This document shows positions 50,474 to 60,381 of a DNA stretch of 64,000 nucleotides, piece by piece. Numbering within the stretch: position 1 is the first letter of the stretch; the number at the start of each line of letters is the position of its first letter. A program made the position numbers and the translations under genes. The notes under the pieces were generated by a model, which worked only from the letters and a program-made list of their open reading frames with translations, ran no database searches and was not told where the DNA came from. The stretch comes from an uncultured Bacilli bacterium (GTDB lineage: Bacteria > Bacillota_I > Bacilli_A > RF39 > UBA660): NCBI GenBank assembly GCA_947626095.1, contig CANQQV010000003.1, positions 32,001-96,000 of the forward strand. The letters run 5' to 3'.

Positions 50474-51492
50474 AATAAGCCCATTACTTTCATATCTTGT
50501 CTAACTTCTAAGAAGTTATAAAATAACTCATGATTATATAAGATTAAATACAAGCAAGCTTTTTGCGATTTATTTAATAAAGGCAATAACTTAGCTTCTA
50601 AGCTCTTATTCTTTAATGCTTTAGTAATAATACTAAAGATATGCGTTGATTTCTTCGCTACTGTTTTATATTTTCTTCCAGCAATTACATATTTAACACT
50701 TATACTTATAATTGATTCAAGCAAAGCAAATAAATTATATACTTGATAATTTAAATTTTTTTCATAAACATCATTATAACGGTATAATATAACATCTAAA
50801 AAATCATTAAGATTCTTTTCTGAACATGTCGCTGTAATACTATTTTCTCTTTTTAAATAGTTATAACAAACCTTATTAACATAAACAATCTTCTTTATAT
50901 ATTTAGACATTTCATAAGTAAATAATACGTCTTCATAGCATATATTTTCTTTAAATAAACAAGAATCAAATAATTCTCGACGATATAACTTCGTACAAAC
51001 ATAATTTTTAAAACTTTTACGTAGTAAAACTTCTTTTAAAATTGTTCTTTTATTATATACTTTTAATTTAGAATTATGTTCACTTTCTTTGATATCATCA
51101 CTAGTTTCAATGACATATCCACTTTCTCTCGTCATAACTAAACTAGCACTAGCAACATCAGCTTTTTTAAGCAATATAGCATTTAATAATGTTTCACAAT
51201 AATCCTCCGTTATCGTATCATCACTATCGATAAAAGCCAAAAATTCCCCTGTACTTACTCGAATTCCTTGATTCCTTGTTGCTGATAAACCTTTATTCTT
51301 TTCATGATATACCCTAATTCTTTGATCTTTTTTGGCATACTCATCACATATTTGTGGCGATTCATCAGTTGAACCATCATCAATTAAGATAATTTCTAAA
51401 TTTTTATACGTTTGTTTTAATATACTATCTATACATTTATTTAAATACTTACTAACATTATAAACCGGAACAATAAGACTGATTTTATTCAT
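50470..51492 (-). CDS. GT2 glycosyltransferase (EpsH/EpsJ-like)
   Basis: IVPVYNV, IDDGSTD, N.GLS..RN.G, FIDSDD, YED, Y.Y..R..SIT. Confidence 0.92.
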   Translation of the reverse strand: MNKISLIVPVYNVSKYLNKCIDSILKQTYKNLEIILIDDGSTDESPQICDEYAKKDQRIRVYHEKNKGLSATRNQGIRVSTGEFLAFIDSDDTITEDYCETLLNAILLKKADVASASLVMTRESGYVIETSDDIKESEHNSKLKVYNKRTILKEVLLRKSFKNYVCTKLYRRELFDSCLFKENICYEDVLFTYEMSKYIKKIVYVNKVCYNYLKRENSITATCSEKNLNDFLDVILYRYNDVYEKNLNYQVYNLFALLESIISISVKYVIAGRKYKTVAKKSTHIFSIITKALKNKSLEAKLLPLLNKSQKACLYLILYNHELFYNFLEVRQDMKVMGLL

Positions 51493-51563
51493 ATATTTTC
51501 TTCACCATTTTTATCATCCTACAGCGAAAATCTCGCTGCTGGCCTAATAATATCACAATCATT

Positions 51564-52415
51564 TTAAAAAAGCAAATTAAGAAATAATTCCAAAATAATC
51601 CCTGTTAACGCCCCAATTAAATACAAAGTAACAACAATAAAAATATTCTCTTTTAGCGACTTATTTCCTTTAAATAAAACGATTAAAGCAATTCCACTAC
51701 CAGTGAGTAAACCAGCTAAAGTACTAGCAAAACTTATCGTCTTACTTAAATATAATTCTGTAATCATAATACTAGATCCACAGTTAGGTATTAAACCTAT
51801 CAAACTAGTTATTAAAGGTCCTATTAAACTATTTTTATGTAATAATTTAGCTAAATACTGTTCCCCAACATAATGAAATAATATATTAATAATAAAAGTA
51901 ATAATTAGAATATATATAATCGTTTTCCCCGTATGAATAAGACTAGATTTAATTAAACTATCACTTTCTTCACATCCACAATGCTCATCCTGACATATAT
52001 CATATACTTTTTCTTCTTTTCTTTTCTTACGAAAAATAAAATCAATTATATAACCACAAATAACCCCAATAATAAACTTACAACCTAATAAAGCTAAAAT
52101 AACCTTAAAATCAACTCTATTAGATAACATTATTGGTAACATTTCATCACTCGTTGATAAATATATCGCTATTAAAGTTCCTAAAGATACAATTCTTGTA
52201 ATATATAAATTAGTCGCTATTACCGAAAAACCACATTGTGGTATTAAACCTAATAAACTACCAAATAAAGGTGAATACTTACCACTTTTCTTGATAATAT
52301 TTTCACTTTTTGTACTAAGTTTATGTTCTACATACTCAATAATTAAAAAGGCCACAAATAAGAAAGGTACTAACTTAATAGTATCTAAAAGAGTATCAAT
52401 TATAATATCTTTCAT
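51564..52415 (-). CDS. Putative metal (Mn/arsenic-type) transporter permease
   Basis: Duplicated GLIPQCG / GLIPNCG, STSDE, Cys/His loop ICQDEHCGCEE. Confidence 0.75.
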   Translation of the reverse strand: MKDIIIDTLLDTIKLVPFLFVAFLIIEYVEHKLSTKSENIIKKSGKYSPLFGSLLGLIPQCGFSVIATNLYITRIVSLGTLIAIYLSTSDEMLPIMLSNRVDFKVILALLGCKFIIGVICGYIIDFIFRKKRKEEKVYDICQDEHCGCEESDSLIKSSLIHTGKTIIYILIITFIINILFHYVGEQYLAKLLHKNSLIGPLITSLIGLIPNCGSSIMITELYLSKTISFASTLAGLLTGSGIALIVLFKGNKSLKENIFIVVTLYLIGALTGIILELFLNLLF

Positions 52416-52528
52416 TCGCCCACCTCTTTTTTCCTTTTAATTTTATATTAGAACTTATCTTTCGTCAATAAATAACTAATATCAGTATATCATACTACTA
52501 TTATCTATGAAAAAAGAAATAACTCCTG

Positions 52529-53167
52529 TTATTTCTTATTCCATCTCTCATTAAACATATTATTTAAATATTCTACCCCAAAGTACTTATCTAATACTTC
52601 TTCAAACTTATTACTAGGTGGAATATTTTGTTCATACTTTTTACCACGATCAACCGCCGCCAATGTTAATACCGCATCACACAGTAAAAAGATTATCATA
52701 TATTTCATTAATCTAACGCTGTTATTTTTATCTAACTTATCAATTAATTTTTTTATTCTTGGATATAATAGTTTAATCCATACAATACCTAAAATACCCC
52801 AAAAAATTGAATATGTTAAGCAAATACGACCATTAATATTAAAAGGTTTACGCTTATAATTCCAAGCCACAAACCCAAACATTAATTCCATAACATAACT
52901 CATAATGTATTCTAAGATTGAACCAGTTGCAAAAGATACACAGAATATTTCAAAATTGCCCTTATTTTTTAAACGATATAACATAATCGTTAATACAACT
53001 GCTCCAATACCATAAACAAGGTTAAATGGACCAATTACTAAGGCTGTATGATTAATTAACACACCCTTTTTGATTAAAGTCCAAATACCTTCTATAATCC
53101 AACCAAAGATGCAACCAAATAAGAATGTATAAAACATATCATGAAATGAAATCTTTTCTGTTTTCAT
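52529..53167 (-). CDS. Putative ABC transporter permease (CmpB/TMEM229-like)
   Basis: GWIIE, GPF..VYG.G, LEY, WNY...PFNINGRICL..S.FWG. Confidence 0.82.
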   Translation of the reverse strand: MKTEKISFHDMFYTFLFGCIFGWIIEGIWTLIKKGVLINHTALVIGPFNLVYGIGAVVLTIMLYRLKNKGNFEIFCVSFATGSILEYIMSYVMELMFGFVAWNYKRKPFNINGRICLTYSIFWGILGIVWIKLLYPRIKKLIDKLDKNNSVRLMKYMIIFLLCDAVLTLAAVDRGKKYEQNIPPSNKFEEVLDKYFGVEYLNNMFNERWNKK

Positions 53168-53221
53168 ACCTATTCCCCACATTGCCTAGATTATATCACT
53201 TAACCTATTCTCATGCAATTT

Positions 53222-56200
53222 TTAGTCCTTATTCAAAACTTTTTTTCTTGCTGCAATACTTTTTTTTAAATAATCAAGATAATAATTACATTTATACTCA
53301 TTGCTTAGTAAATCATACTTATGATACTCAGCACTAAATATTTCTTCAATTTCATTTAATTCATAAATCGAATTAGTTTCATTAAGACGATTAATAACAA
53401 CACTTAATAACAAGTATATATCATATCTTAACGCTTCTTCTTTATTCACCTTACGATAAGCTGTATAATTATTTTCTAACTTCGTTAAGACTTTTTTAAG
53501 TAGATATGGTTCATACGTCATTTCATATTCTTTTAATAACTTATTAACACTTAATAACTCTTTTTTAGCTACTTTCTCTAAATCAATACTAATAATTGGT
53601 AAACCTTCTGGATGTCTCTTACTTCTAAACTCTAAACTTATATTAACTATTTGATTTAAATACATCTTATCATTTAAACGATTAGCTTTAACTAAGATAT
53701 AATCTGGTTCTATATTAGGTATATTATCATCGTTATAATTAGGTCGTACTCCATATTTATTTAAATACAAAGTATTATTATAATCCCTAGTTTGATCAAT
53801 TAAATTACTAACTGATGAATAATAATCTTTACTATTATCATCTATTTTATCTAAATAATAATTAGATACTTTAATAAGTCCTTCAGCTAATAAACCATTA
53901 TAACCAAATAAGAAATCCTTATCAAATACTAAATTATCTTTAGTTATTAAACTACAAGGTACTCCCTTTTCTCCTTCGTTTAATAACTTATGATAACTTT
54001 TAAAATAACTCTTGGTCTTTAAATAAGACTCTTCTAAATCTAAATTACATACTAAGTATAAGAAATCTTCTTTACTCTTATATATCGTTATCTCTTTATT
54101 ATAGAAATTAATTGTTGATGCTTTTAAATTATTATTTTTACTACGTAACTCATAATTATATATCTGACCATACATCTTCTTTAGTTTATACTCTAAGCGA
54201 TAACTTTCATCCATTGCTATAACTTTATAATCTCTATCTAATTCTTTTAATGATTCATTATCGGTATTAAGTATTTTATTTAAATTCGTTACGAACATAT
54301 ATTCTTCGTTATAGACATTAATATCTACAGAACTAACATCATACATTTTAACCATTAAACGTGCTTCTTCTAAAGTCAATTTAAAATGTTTTTGGATAAA
54401 ATAATCTTTAATATTATCTTCCGTCTTAATAAGATTAGTCAATTTATTCTCTGTTTCTTTCTCATAGTTAACTATCTCTTCATAGGTATGAGGTGCTTTT
54501 AAAACAATTGGTCTTAATAAAACTTCTTCATTCCTATAAAACCTAGGTATTAAATATAATAAATAATTTATTAAACTGTTTAATTCTTTTTTAGGTATTC
54601 GCTGATAATTAACACCATCTAATAATTTCGGCAAATTACCAAATCTTTTACGATTCTTACTATTAGTTACCATAACTAATATATCTAATACTCTATCTAA
54701 CGTTTCATCTCTATTTAATTCTTCTAAAGCATAATACAAAGTATTAATTAACATACTTGGATTTTGATAGTATTTACCAATTACAACTATCTTTTCTTCT
54801 AAAGCAGGATACTTAGTAATATAACTTAAAATACTTAGTTTTAAATCAACAATATAATCTTCAAAGATTCTAAAATCTATTGTATTAAGTAAATAAGCAT
54901 TATTATTTAATAACTTTTTATAAATATTATAGTATTTACTAGATAAAACTTTTTCGACTAATTCTTTAGTACAAAATTCCTTTTTACCATCATAATCTAA
55001 TTCTCTAATAATGTTAGTCAATAACTCTTTATCAAAATAATTATATTCTTTATTAAAATACTTAATTAGATCTTCGCGATCTTTAATTACATCACTTATA
55101 ATATGATAATCTTCTTTCGCATATTTAAATAAAATATCTATTACTTTAAAGTTACTTAATACTTGACTATTAAAACTAATATCTGTTTTAAGTAATAATT
55201 CTTTTATAACTGGTGCTTTTAACTTCGTTATTTCATTAATATTATTTAAATAATAACTAATAGCATATTCATCTAAATGATATGACTTTTCATTGACTAA
55301 TTCATTTCTAAGTTCATTACTATCATAAAAATACTTACGTTTACTTAGAGGCATATCTTTTAATAACATATTAAGTAATTTAGAGTCTTTAAACTCTTCA
55401 ACATTCGCCATTAATAATAAACGATCATCCATTGTAAATTTACCAGCTTTAAATAAATTATCTAACATACTATAATCTTTACTCTTTAAACTATTAACTA
55501 TTCTTGTACATAATTCTTTATTTTTAATAATATCTTTCTTATAACTACTATCTATACGACACAACTCGGTTAAATCTTTAATATTAAATCTATTTAATTG
55601 TTCAGTCTTTAAATCAAGACGTTCTTCATAATTTAAAGCTTTAATAAACTTAACATCATCAATAATTTCTAAATTTCTTAACAAAGCCCCGTAATAATTC
55701 TTATTACTATCCGCAATAACTTGTAATTTATCTAAAGGTAAATCCTTAATAATATCAAAGTAAGGATCTACAAATAAATTTTGTTCTTTAACTAATATTT
55801 TTTTTAGATAACAATATGGTAAACTTCTTAATATATAAATGTTCTTACTATTAATAACTATTTGTTCAACATTATCTAACTGTAATAAATCTTTTTGTAA
55901 TAACTTATCTGTATTCTTAACTAGATGTAATATAATATTATCTTTTGAATAACTAGCTAAAATACTATCTAATTTTTTCTTGGATAAATATTTAAATAAT
56001 GGACAATCAACAGCATAATTATTATCTAACTTAGTTAAATAAATTTTTAAAAACTCTTCATTATTAGCTAATTCTTCTACTTTCTCATAACTAGCTATAA
56101 AATCATTAATCGCTTTTAAATTATATAATTTTAAAATACTTAAATTATTCTTAATTTGTTCTTTAGTATCTTCCTTTAAAGTATTAAAACTAAGACCTTT

Positions 56201-56650
56201 TTTAATTAATAAATTATCTATATCTATATCTTTTCTTAAAAAAGCCACTTCATCAGCTGTTAAATCATTAATTATCTCTTCTAAAGTAAGTATTTCATCC
56301 CCTTTTAAAATACTCTTTCTTATTTTTTTAGAATAAGTAAGTAAAGCTAAACGAGGTTTAGGGAAATTCGAAGTTAATGATAGAAGCATTGAACCATCTA
56401 TGTTTGTTGCATCTAAAAGTTTAATAAATTCTTTATCATTATAAACTGTTTTTAAATAATCAAAAACCATGAATTTATTAGCTACATACAAATATGGATA
56501 TAACATTGAAACATTATCTAAATTAAATCTAAAACTTTTATCTAAAAGATGCAGATTTATTTTCGTTAATATTTTCTTAGCTTTCTCCTCATTATTCTTA
56601 TTACTTTCTAATTCTTTAAATAACTTTTTCATAGACTCTTGTTCTTGCAT
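53222..56650 (-). CDS. Large hypothetical protein: Leu-rich helical N-terminus, mixed alpha/beta C-terminal domain
   Basis: Uninterrupted 1142-aa ORF with GGGAG RBS; no TM or signal peptide. Confidence 0.75.
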   Translation of the reverse strand: MQEQESMKKLFKELESNKNNEEKAKKILTKINLHLLDKSFRFNLDNVSMLYPYLYVANKFMVFDYLKTVYNDKEFIKLLDATNIDGSMLLSLTSNFPKPRLALLTYSKKIRKSILKGDEILTLEEIINDLTADEVAFLRKDIDIDNLLIKKGLSFNTLKEDTKEQIKNNLSILKLYNLKAINDFIASYEKVEELANNEEFLKIYLTKLDNNYAVDCPLFKYLSKKKLDSILASYSKDNIILHLVKNTDKLLQKDLLQLDNVEQIVINSKNIYILRSLPYCYLKKILVKEQNLFVDPYFDIIKDLPLDKLQVIADSNKNYYGALLRNLEIIDDVKFIKALNYEERLDLKTEQLNRFNIKDLTELCRIDSSYKKDIIKNKELCTRIVNSLKSKDYSMLDNLFKAGKFTMDDRLLLMANVEEFKDSKLLNMLLKDMPLSKRKYFYDSNELRNELVNEKSYHLDEYAISYYLNNINEITKLKAPVIKELLLKTDISFNSQVLSNFKVIDILFKYAKEDYHIISDVIKDREDLIKYFNKEYNYFDKELLTNIIRELDYDGKKEFCTKELVEKVLSSKYYNIYKKLLNNNAYLLNTIDFRIFEDYIVDLKLSILSYITKYPALEEKIVVIGKYYQNPSMLINTLYYALEELNRDETLDRVLDILVMVTNSKNRKRFGNLPKLLDGVNYQRIPKKELNSLINYLLYLIPRFYRNEEVLLRPIVLKAPHTYEEIVNYEKETENKLTNLIKTEDNIKDYFIQKHFKLTLEEARLMVKMYDVSSVDINVYNEEYMFVTNLNKILNTDNESLKELDRDYKVIAMDESYRLEYKLKKMYGQIYNYELRSKNNNLKASTINFYNKEITIYKSKEDFLYLVCNLDLEESYLKTKSYFKSYHKLLNEGEKGVPCSLITKDNLVFDKDFLFGYNGLLAEGLIKVSNYYLDKIDDNSKDYYSSVSNLIDQTRDYNNTLYLNKYGVRPNYNDDNIPNIEPDYILVKANRLNDKMYLNQIVNISLEFRSKRHPEGLPIISIDLEKVAKKELLSVNKLLKEYEMTYEPYLLKKVLTKLENNYTAYRKVNKEEALRYDIYLLLSVVINRLNETNSIYELNEIEEIFSAEYHKYDLLSNEYKCNYYLDYLKKSIAARKKVLNKD

Positions 56651-56711
56651 AATGCCAACTCCCTATTCTCTATTTATTATAGCAAATATCCCTATTAAAA
56701 AAAAGGAATTT

Positions 56712-57632
56712 TTATTTCCTTTCTTCATTATTATTAATTGCATTTTGCGCTAGCAATATTGCATCATCTAATGTATTAGTACAAGCTAAAAAACCACTTG
56801 CATGCACAAAACGAGCACTTTTTATCTGTGATATTTGTGCTAACTCTTCATCATGTAATCCATAAAACCTTGTATCAAAATGACAAACTAATTCTTTTGA
56901 TTTTTCATTAATCGTCATTGGCTTTATACTATAACCTCCTCGATTAGAAGGAAATATTACTACTTTTATTTCTTTAGCTTTTGGCTTTACTGAATTAAAA
57001 ATGGCTTCTTGATATGGCATATATTCATCTAATATTAAAATATTACCTTCTACTTGATCAATTAGCTCATTAACCTTTTTACTCGCTTTTATTTTAGCTA
57101 ATTCTTTTCTAATAAGACGATCAAATATATCTAAAGCACAAGCTACTGCTTTTAAGAAATTTTCGTCATTATCAACATCTTCATCCCAAGCTTTATTATA
57201 TAAATCAATTATTGCATCTAAGTCTAATAAACTATATGGTGCATTAACTTGAGGAAATAAACCATTATCAATCCCATCAATCTGTTTAACTAACTTTTCA
57301 TCAATCGCTTGCCATAGTATTTCATAATCCTCTGTTATAGTCTTTAAATATTCTCTACCATAAGTTTCCCATAGTAAACCAAAAGAACAATATTTTATTT
57401 TTTCATCACGCCACTTTGCATCTGGACCATGATGATCAAAGCTTCCAAACCCAATATCATATACAATACTATCTTTATTAATATCATCAGGAACATAATT
57501 AACTCGACATACTACCGGATTTGAAACAATCTTAGTTAAAAAAGCCGTACTAAAGACATCATCGGGATGAAAAGTTGAAGCATGTGTAATTAAATTAGCT
57601 TCTTTTATATCTTTCGTTATTTTAAGATTCAT
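56712..57632 (-). CDS. MYG1 (UPF0160) family DHH-fold nuclease
   Basis: THASTFHPDD, VYDIG.G.FDHH, SFGLLW..YG, IDGIDNG, FVHASGF. Confidence 0.88.
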   Translation of the reverse strand: MNLKITKDIKEANLITHASTFHPDDVFSTAFLTKIVSNPVVCRVNYVPDDINKDSIVYDIGFGSFDHHGPDAKWRDEKIKYCSFGLLWETYGREYLKTITEDYEILWQAIDEKLVKQIDGIDNGLFPQVNAPYSLLDLDAIIDLYNKAWDEDVDNDENFLKAVACALDIFDRLIRKELAKIKASKKVNELIDQVEGNILILDEYMPYQEAIFNSVKPKAKEIKVVIFPSNRGGYSIKPMTINEKSKELVCHFDTRFYGLHDEELAQISQIKSARFVHASGFLACTNTLDDAILLAQNAINNNEERK

Positions 57633-58840
57633 TTTTTGACCTTCTTTCTCGTTGTTGTAAAACGTGCAAATTTAGTTAATTCAAAAATAACAATTGGCAC
57701 CAAACTAACTAATACTGAACTAAAATAATTTTTTAAACCAATATTTCTAGTTGTAAAATAAGTAAAATAATTTATTCCGATTGTTATTGCAATACTTATT
57801 ACAACATATAAATCTATTCTTATATTTTTTAAAGACTTAAAAATATTATATAAAATATTATGTTCACTAAATAAAGAATAAGTCATCAAAATATTAATAT
57901 ATATATAAACAATAAAATAAATAGTATTAGCCAAATTAATTGAGCCACCTTGTGCTAAAACAAACATATATGGAATTGCTAAAGCAAATACTATACAAAA
58001 TGATTCCATAACATTAATAAATAATTCTTGACTACCCATAAAAACATATAGTGGTTTAGGTTTTCTCACGCCTATATCAGTATCATAAGGCATCTTTTTA
58101 TATACAACTTCACTCACTACAATAGTAAATAATTTAAGCACTAAAATAAGTAATAAATTATTAATTGTTGGAAAACCAGCAATTAGAAAAGCAAAATAAC
58201 AAATTAATAATGGTAAATAAGTATTAATAATATATTTTATCGTTCTAATATAATTATCAGCTACTCCCCTAGCTTCATATATTTTATGATAAGCTTCATC
58301 TAATGAAGCAAATTCATAGTAAGTTGTTAATTTATTCATTTTATTTAATAAATCTAAATTATCCGTTTTAATTATTATATTTTTTCTTAAATAACTATTA
58401 TTTACTTCATCTTCGTTAATAACTTTTAACTTCGTTTTTATCTTTTTATTAATTAAAACAATAACATTAATACCCGCTCTATTAAACTTTTTTATTAAAT
58501 CAGCATTATAAATATTTGTTACAATTGTCTTCGTATGATTTATCTTTTCTTCATCTTTGAAACTAACTAAGTATAACGTATTAATTGATAAAGGCATTGT
58601 AATAAAAGCTATTGCTAACGCATTTATAATAACATTTAATGTTGATTTATCACTTTTAGCTTCAATAAATAAAGCAATAACAAAAACCAAAAAGGAAACA
58701 ACATATAAAATGATATTTAATTTACGGGCTTTATTATATAATTCTTTTTTATAAACATCACGATATTTCTTACTTTGATATATCTTATAAACAATTATTA
58801 CTATTAACACCATAATAGATAATAAAATCTTCATTTTCAT
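57629..58840 (-). CDS. Truncated P-type ATPase derivative retaining mainly the membrane domain
   Basis: Aligns by eye to P2 ATPase TM3-4 and C-terminal TMs (AGINVIVL, EARGVADN, RKPKP) but lacks TGES, PEGL, DKTGT and GDGVND. Confidence 0.7.
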   Translation of the reverse strand: MKMKILLSIMVLIVIIVYKIYQSKKYRDVYKKELYNKARKLNIILYVVSFLVFVIALFIEAKSDKSTLNVIINALAIAFITMPLSINTLYLVSFKDEEKINHTKTIVTNIYNADLIKKFNRAGINVIVLINKKIKTKLKVINEDEVNNSYLRKNIIIKTDNLDLLNKMNKLTTYYEFASLDEAYHKIYEARGVADNYIRTIKYIINTYLPLLICYFAFLIAGFPTINNLLLILVLKLFTIVVSEVVYKKMPYDTDIGVRKPKPLYVFMGSQELFINVMESFCIVFALAIPYMFVLAQGGSINLANTIYFIVYIYINILMTYSLFSEHNILYNIFKSLKNIRIDLYVVISIAITIGINYFTYFTTRNIGLKNYFSSVLVSLVPIVIFELTKFARFTTTRKKVKK

Positions 58841-58902
58841 ATCTACCACCACCTCAATTATATCACAAAAAAATCACTAATATTACGAATGTAGTGATTC
58901 TT

Positions 58903-59751
58903 TTATTTATATAATAATTTCTTTAAACCATCATCTTTATGTTCTAAATAAAATTCTGTATCAAATAAATCATGTACTATTTCTTCACGTGATTTTAATT
59001 CTTTTTTTGCCTCTGCTATTTTTTCTTTTTCTTTTAACAACTTCTTTTTTTGTAAGTGAAGCTCCGCCATCTTTAACTCATCTTCCGTCAGAGTTAAAGT
59101 CTCAGTTTCTTCCCTTTTCTTATCTTGCATTAAAGCCTTTTTCTGATAATCATAAGTAACATATAAACTTCCAGCAATAGCTGGTATAGCTAAAATCGTT
59201 GAAACTAAATTAGGATTTAAACTTAACAAGGTATTAAAAGAAGAAACATTAATATAACTTAATAAATTTTTTAAAGTTGGTGCTGAATAAGCAAAAAAAC
59301 TACCTACTATTGAGGCGGCTAATAAAACTGTTTTAGCTTTACCAGCCATACTTGATTGTGAGTTATTGCCTCTTTCCACACTACTATAATTAACAAAAAG
59401 AATTCCTAACTCTAAACCAATTATTATTAAAAATATAGGATTTAAAGTCGATAAAATTAATAAACAGACAATTCCAAATGCTTTATCAGACAAAGCATCA
59501 AGAATACTTCCAAAAAAGCTTTGAACATGAAGTTTTCTGGCTAAAAAGCCATCAATAAAATCTGTTGAAAAAAAGCCTATCGCCGCTAACGCAGTCGCTA
59601 AAGCACCATGAACTGCATAAACAGGTATTATTGCTATAGTACCTAAAGAACGTATAAAAGTAATAAGATTAACCAAAACTTTATTACGTATATGTTTATG
59701 TTGTTCTTGTTTATCTTTTTCTACTTTAATAAACTTGTCTTCCTTTTTCAT
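58903..59751 (-). CDS. CDP-alcohol phosphatidyltransferase with C-terminal coiled-coil extension
   Basis: NLITFIR and D..DG.LAR.....S.FG..LD...DK signature. Confidence 0.85.
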   Translation of the reverse strand: MKKEDKFIKVEKDKQEQHKHIRNKVLVNLITFIRSLGTIAIIPVYAVHGALATALAAIGFFSTDFIDGFLARKLHVQSFFGSILDALSDKAFGIVCLLILSTLNPIFLIIIGLELGILFVNYSSVERGNNSQSSMAGKAKTVLLAASIVGSFFAYSAPTLKNLLSYINVSSFNTLLSLNPNLVSTILAIPAIAGSLYVTYDYQKKALMQDKKREETETLTLTEDELKMAELHLQKKKLLKEKEKIAEAKKELKSREEIVHDLFDTEFYLEHKDDGLKKLLYK

Positions 59752-59802
59752 CCTGCTAAAACTCCCATCGATTTCCTATAATAGCAATGGCTATATAAAA
59801 TG

Positions 59803-60381
59803 TCAAACTTTAATATCACTAAATTTTAAATGGTATTGAATATAAGCATTAGAAATCGTTATATCAGTAATTATTTTTTTATTAGAACGTATACTTATCT
59901 CAGTACTAAGTTCCTCAAATGTTATTTCATAACGATACTCAATATATGATTCATTATCAAATACTTCTTCTTCACTATCTTTTATTAAATCAAATATATA
60001 TGTAGGATCTAATAAGTTACTATCAATTTCCTTAAATACATCTTTCTTCGTATTAATATTATATTCCACAAAACTAGGTAAAGTACATTTACCTATTTCT
60101 TCATTTTCATTTCTTTTTCCTTCACATTCAAAATAATACGTTTTATCTTGCATACTATACATTAACGTATAATCATAGTTATATTTATTTTTCTTTAAAT
60201 TACTTTTTTGTTCTTCGTAATCTACTTCTTTTATTTCTTGTTCTTCATTATCACTAATTGGTATATCTACTTTTTCTTCTTTTATAAACCACTTTTCTGG
60301 TGCTAAAAACACAATAAATATTAAAGCACCAATAACTAAAATGGCATATCCTATTAATAAAAATTTATGTTTCTTACTCAT
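59803..60381 (-). CDS. Hypothetical membrane-anchored protein
   Basis: N-terminal TM; overlaps the fmt stop by 1 nt. Confidence 0.7.
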   Translation of the reverse strand: MSKKHKFLLIGYAILVIGALIFIVFLAPEKWFIKEEKVDIPISDNEEQEIKEVDYEEQKSNLKKNKYNYDYTLMYSMQDKTYYFECEGKRNENEEIGKCTLPSFVEYNINTKKDVFKEIDSNLLDPTYIFDLIKDSEEEVFDNESYIEYRYEITFEELSTEISIRSNKKIITDITISNAYIQYHLKFSDIKV

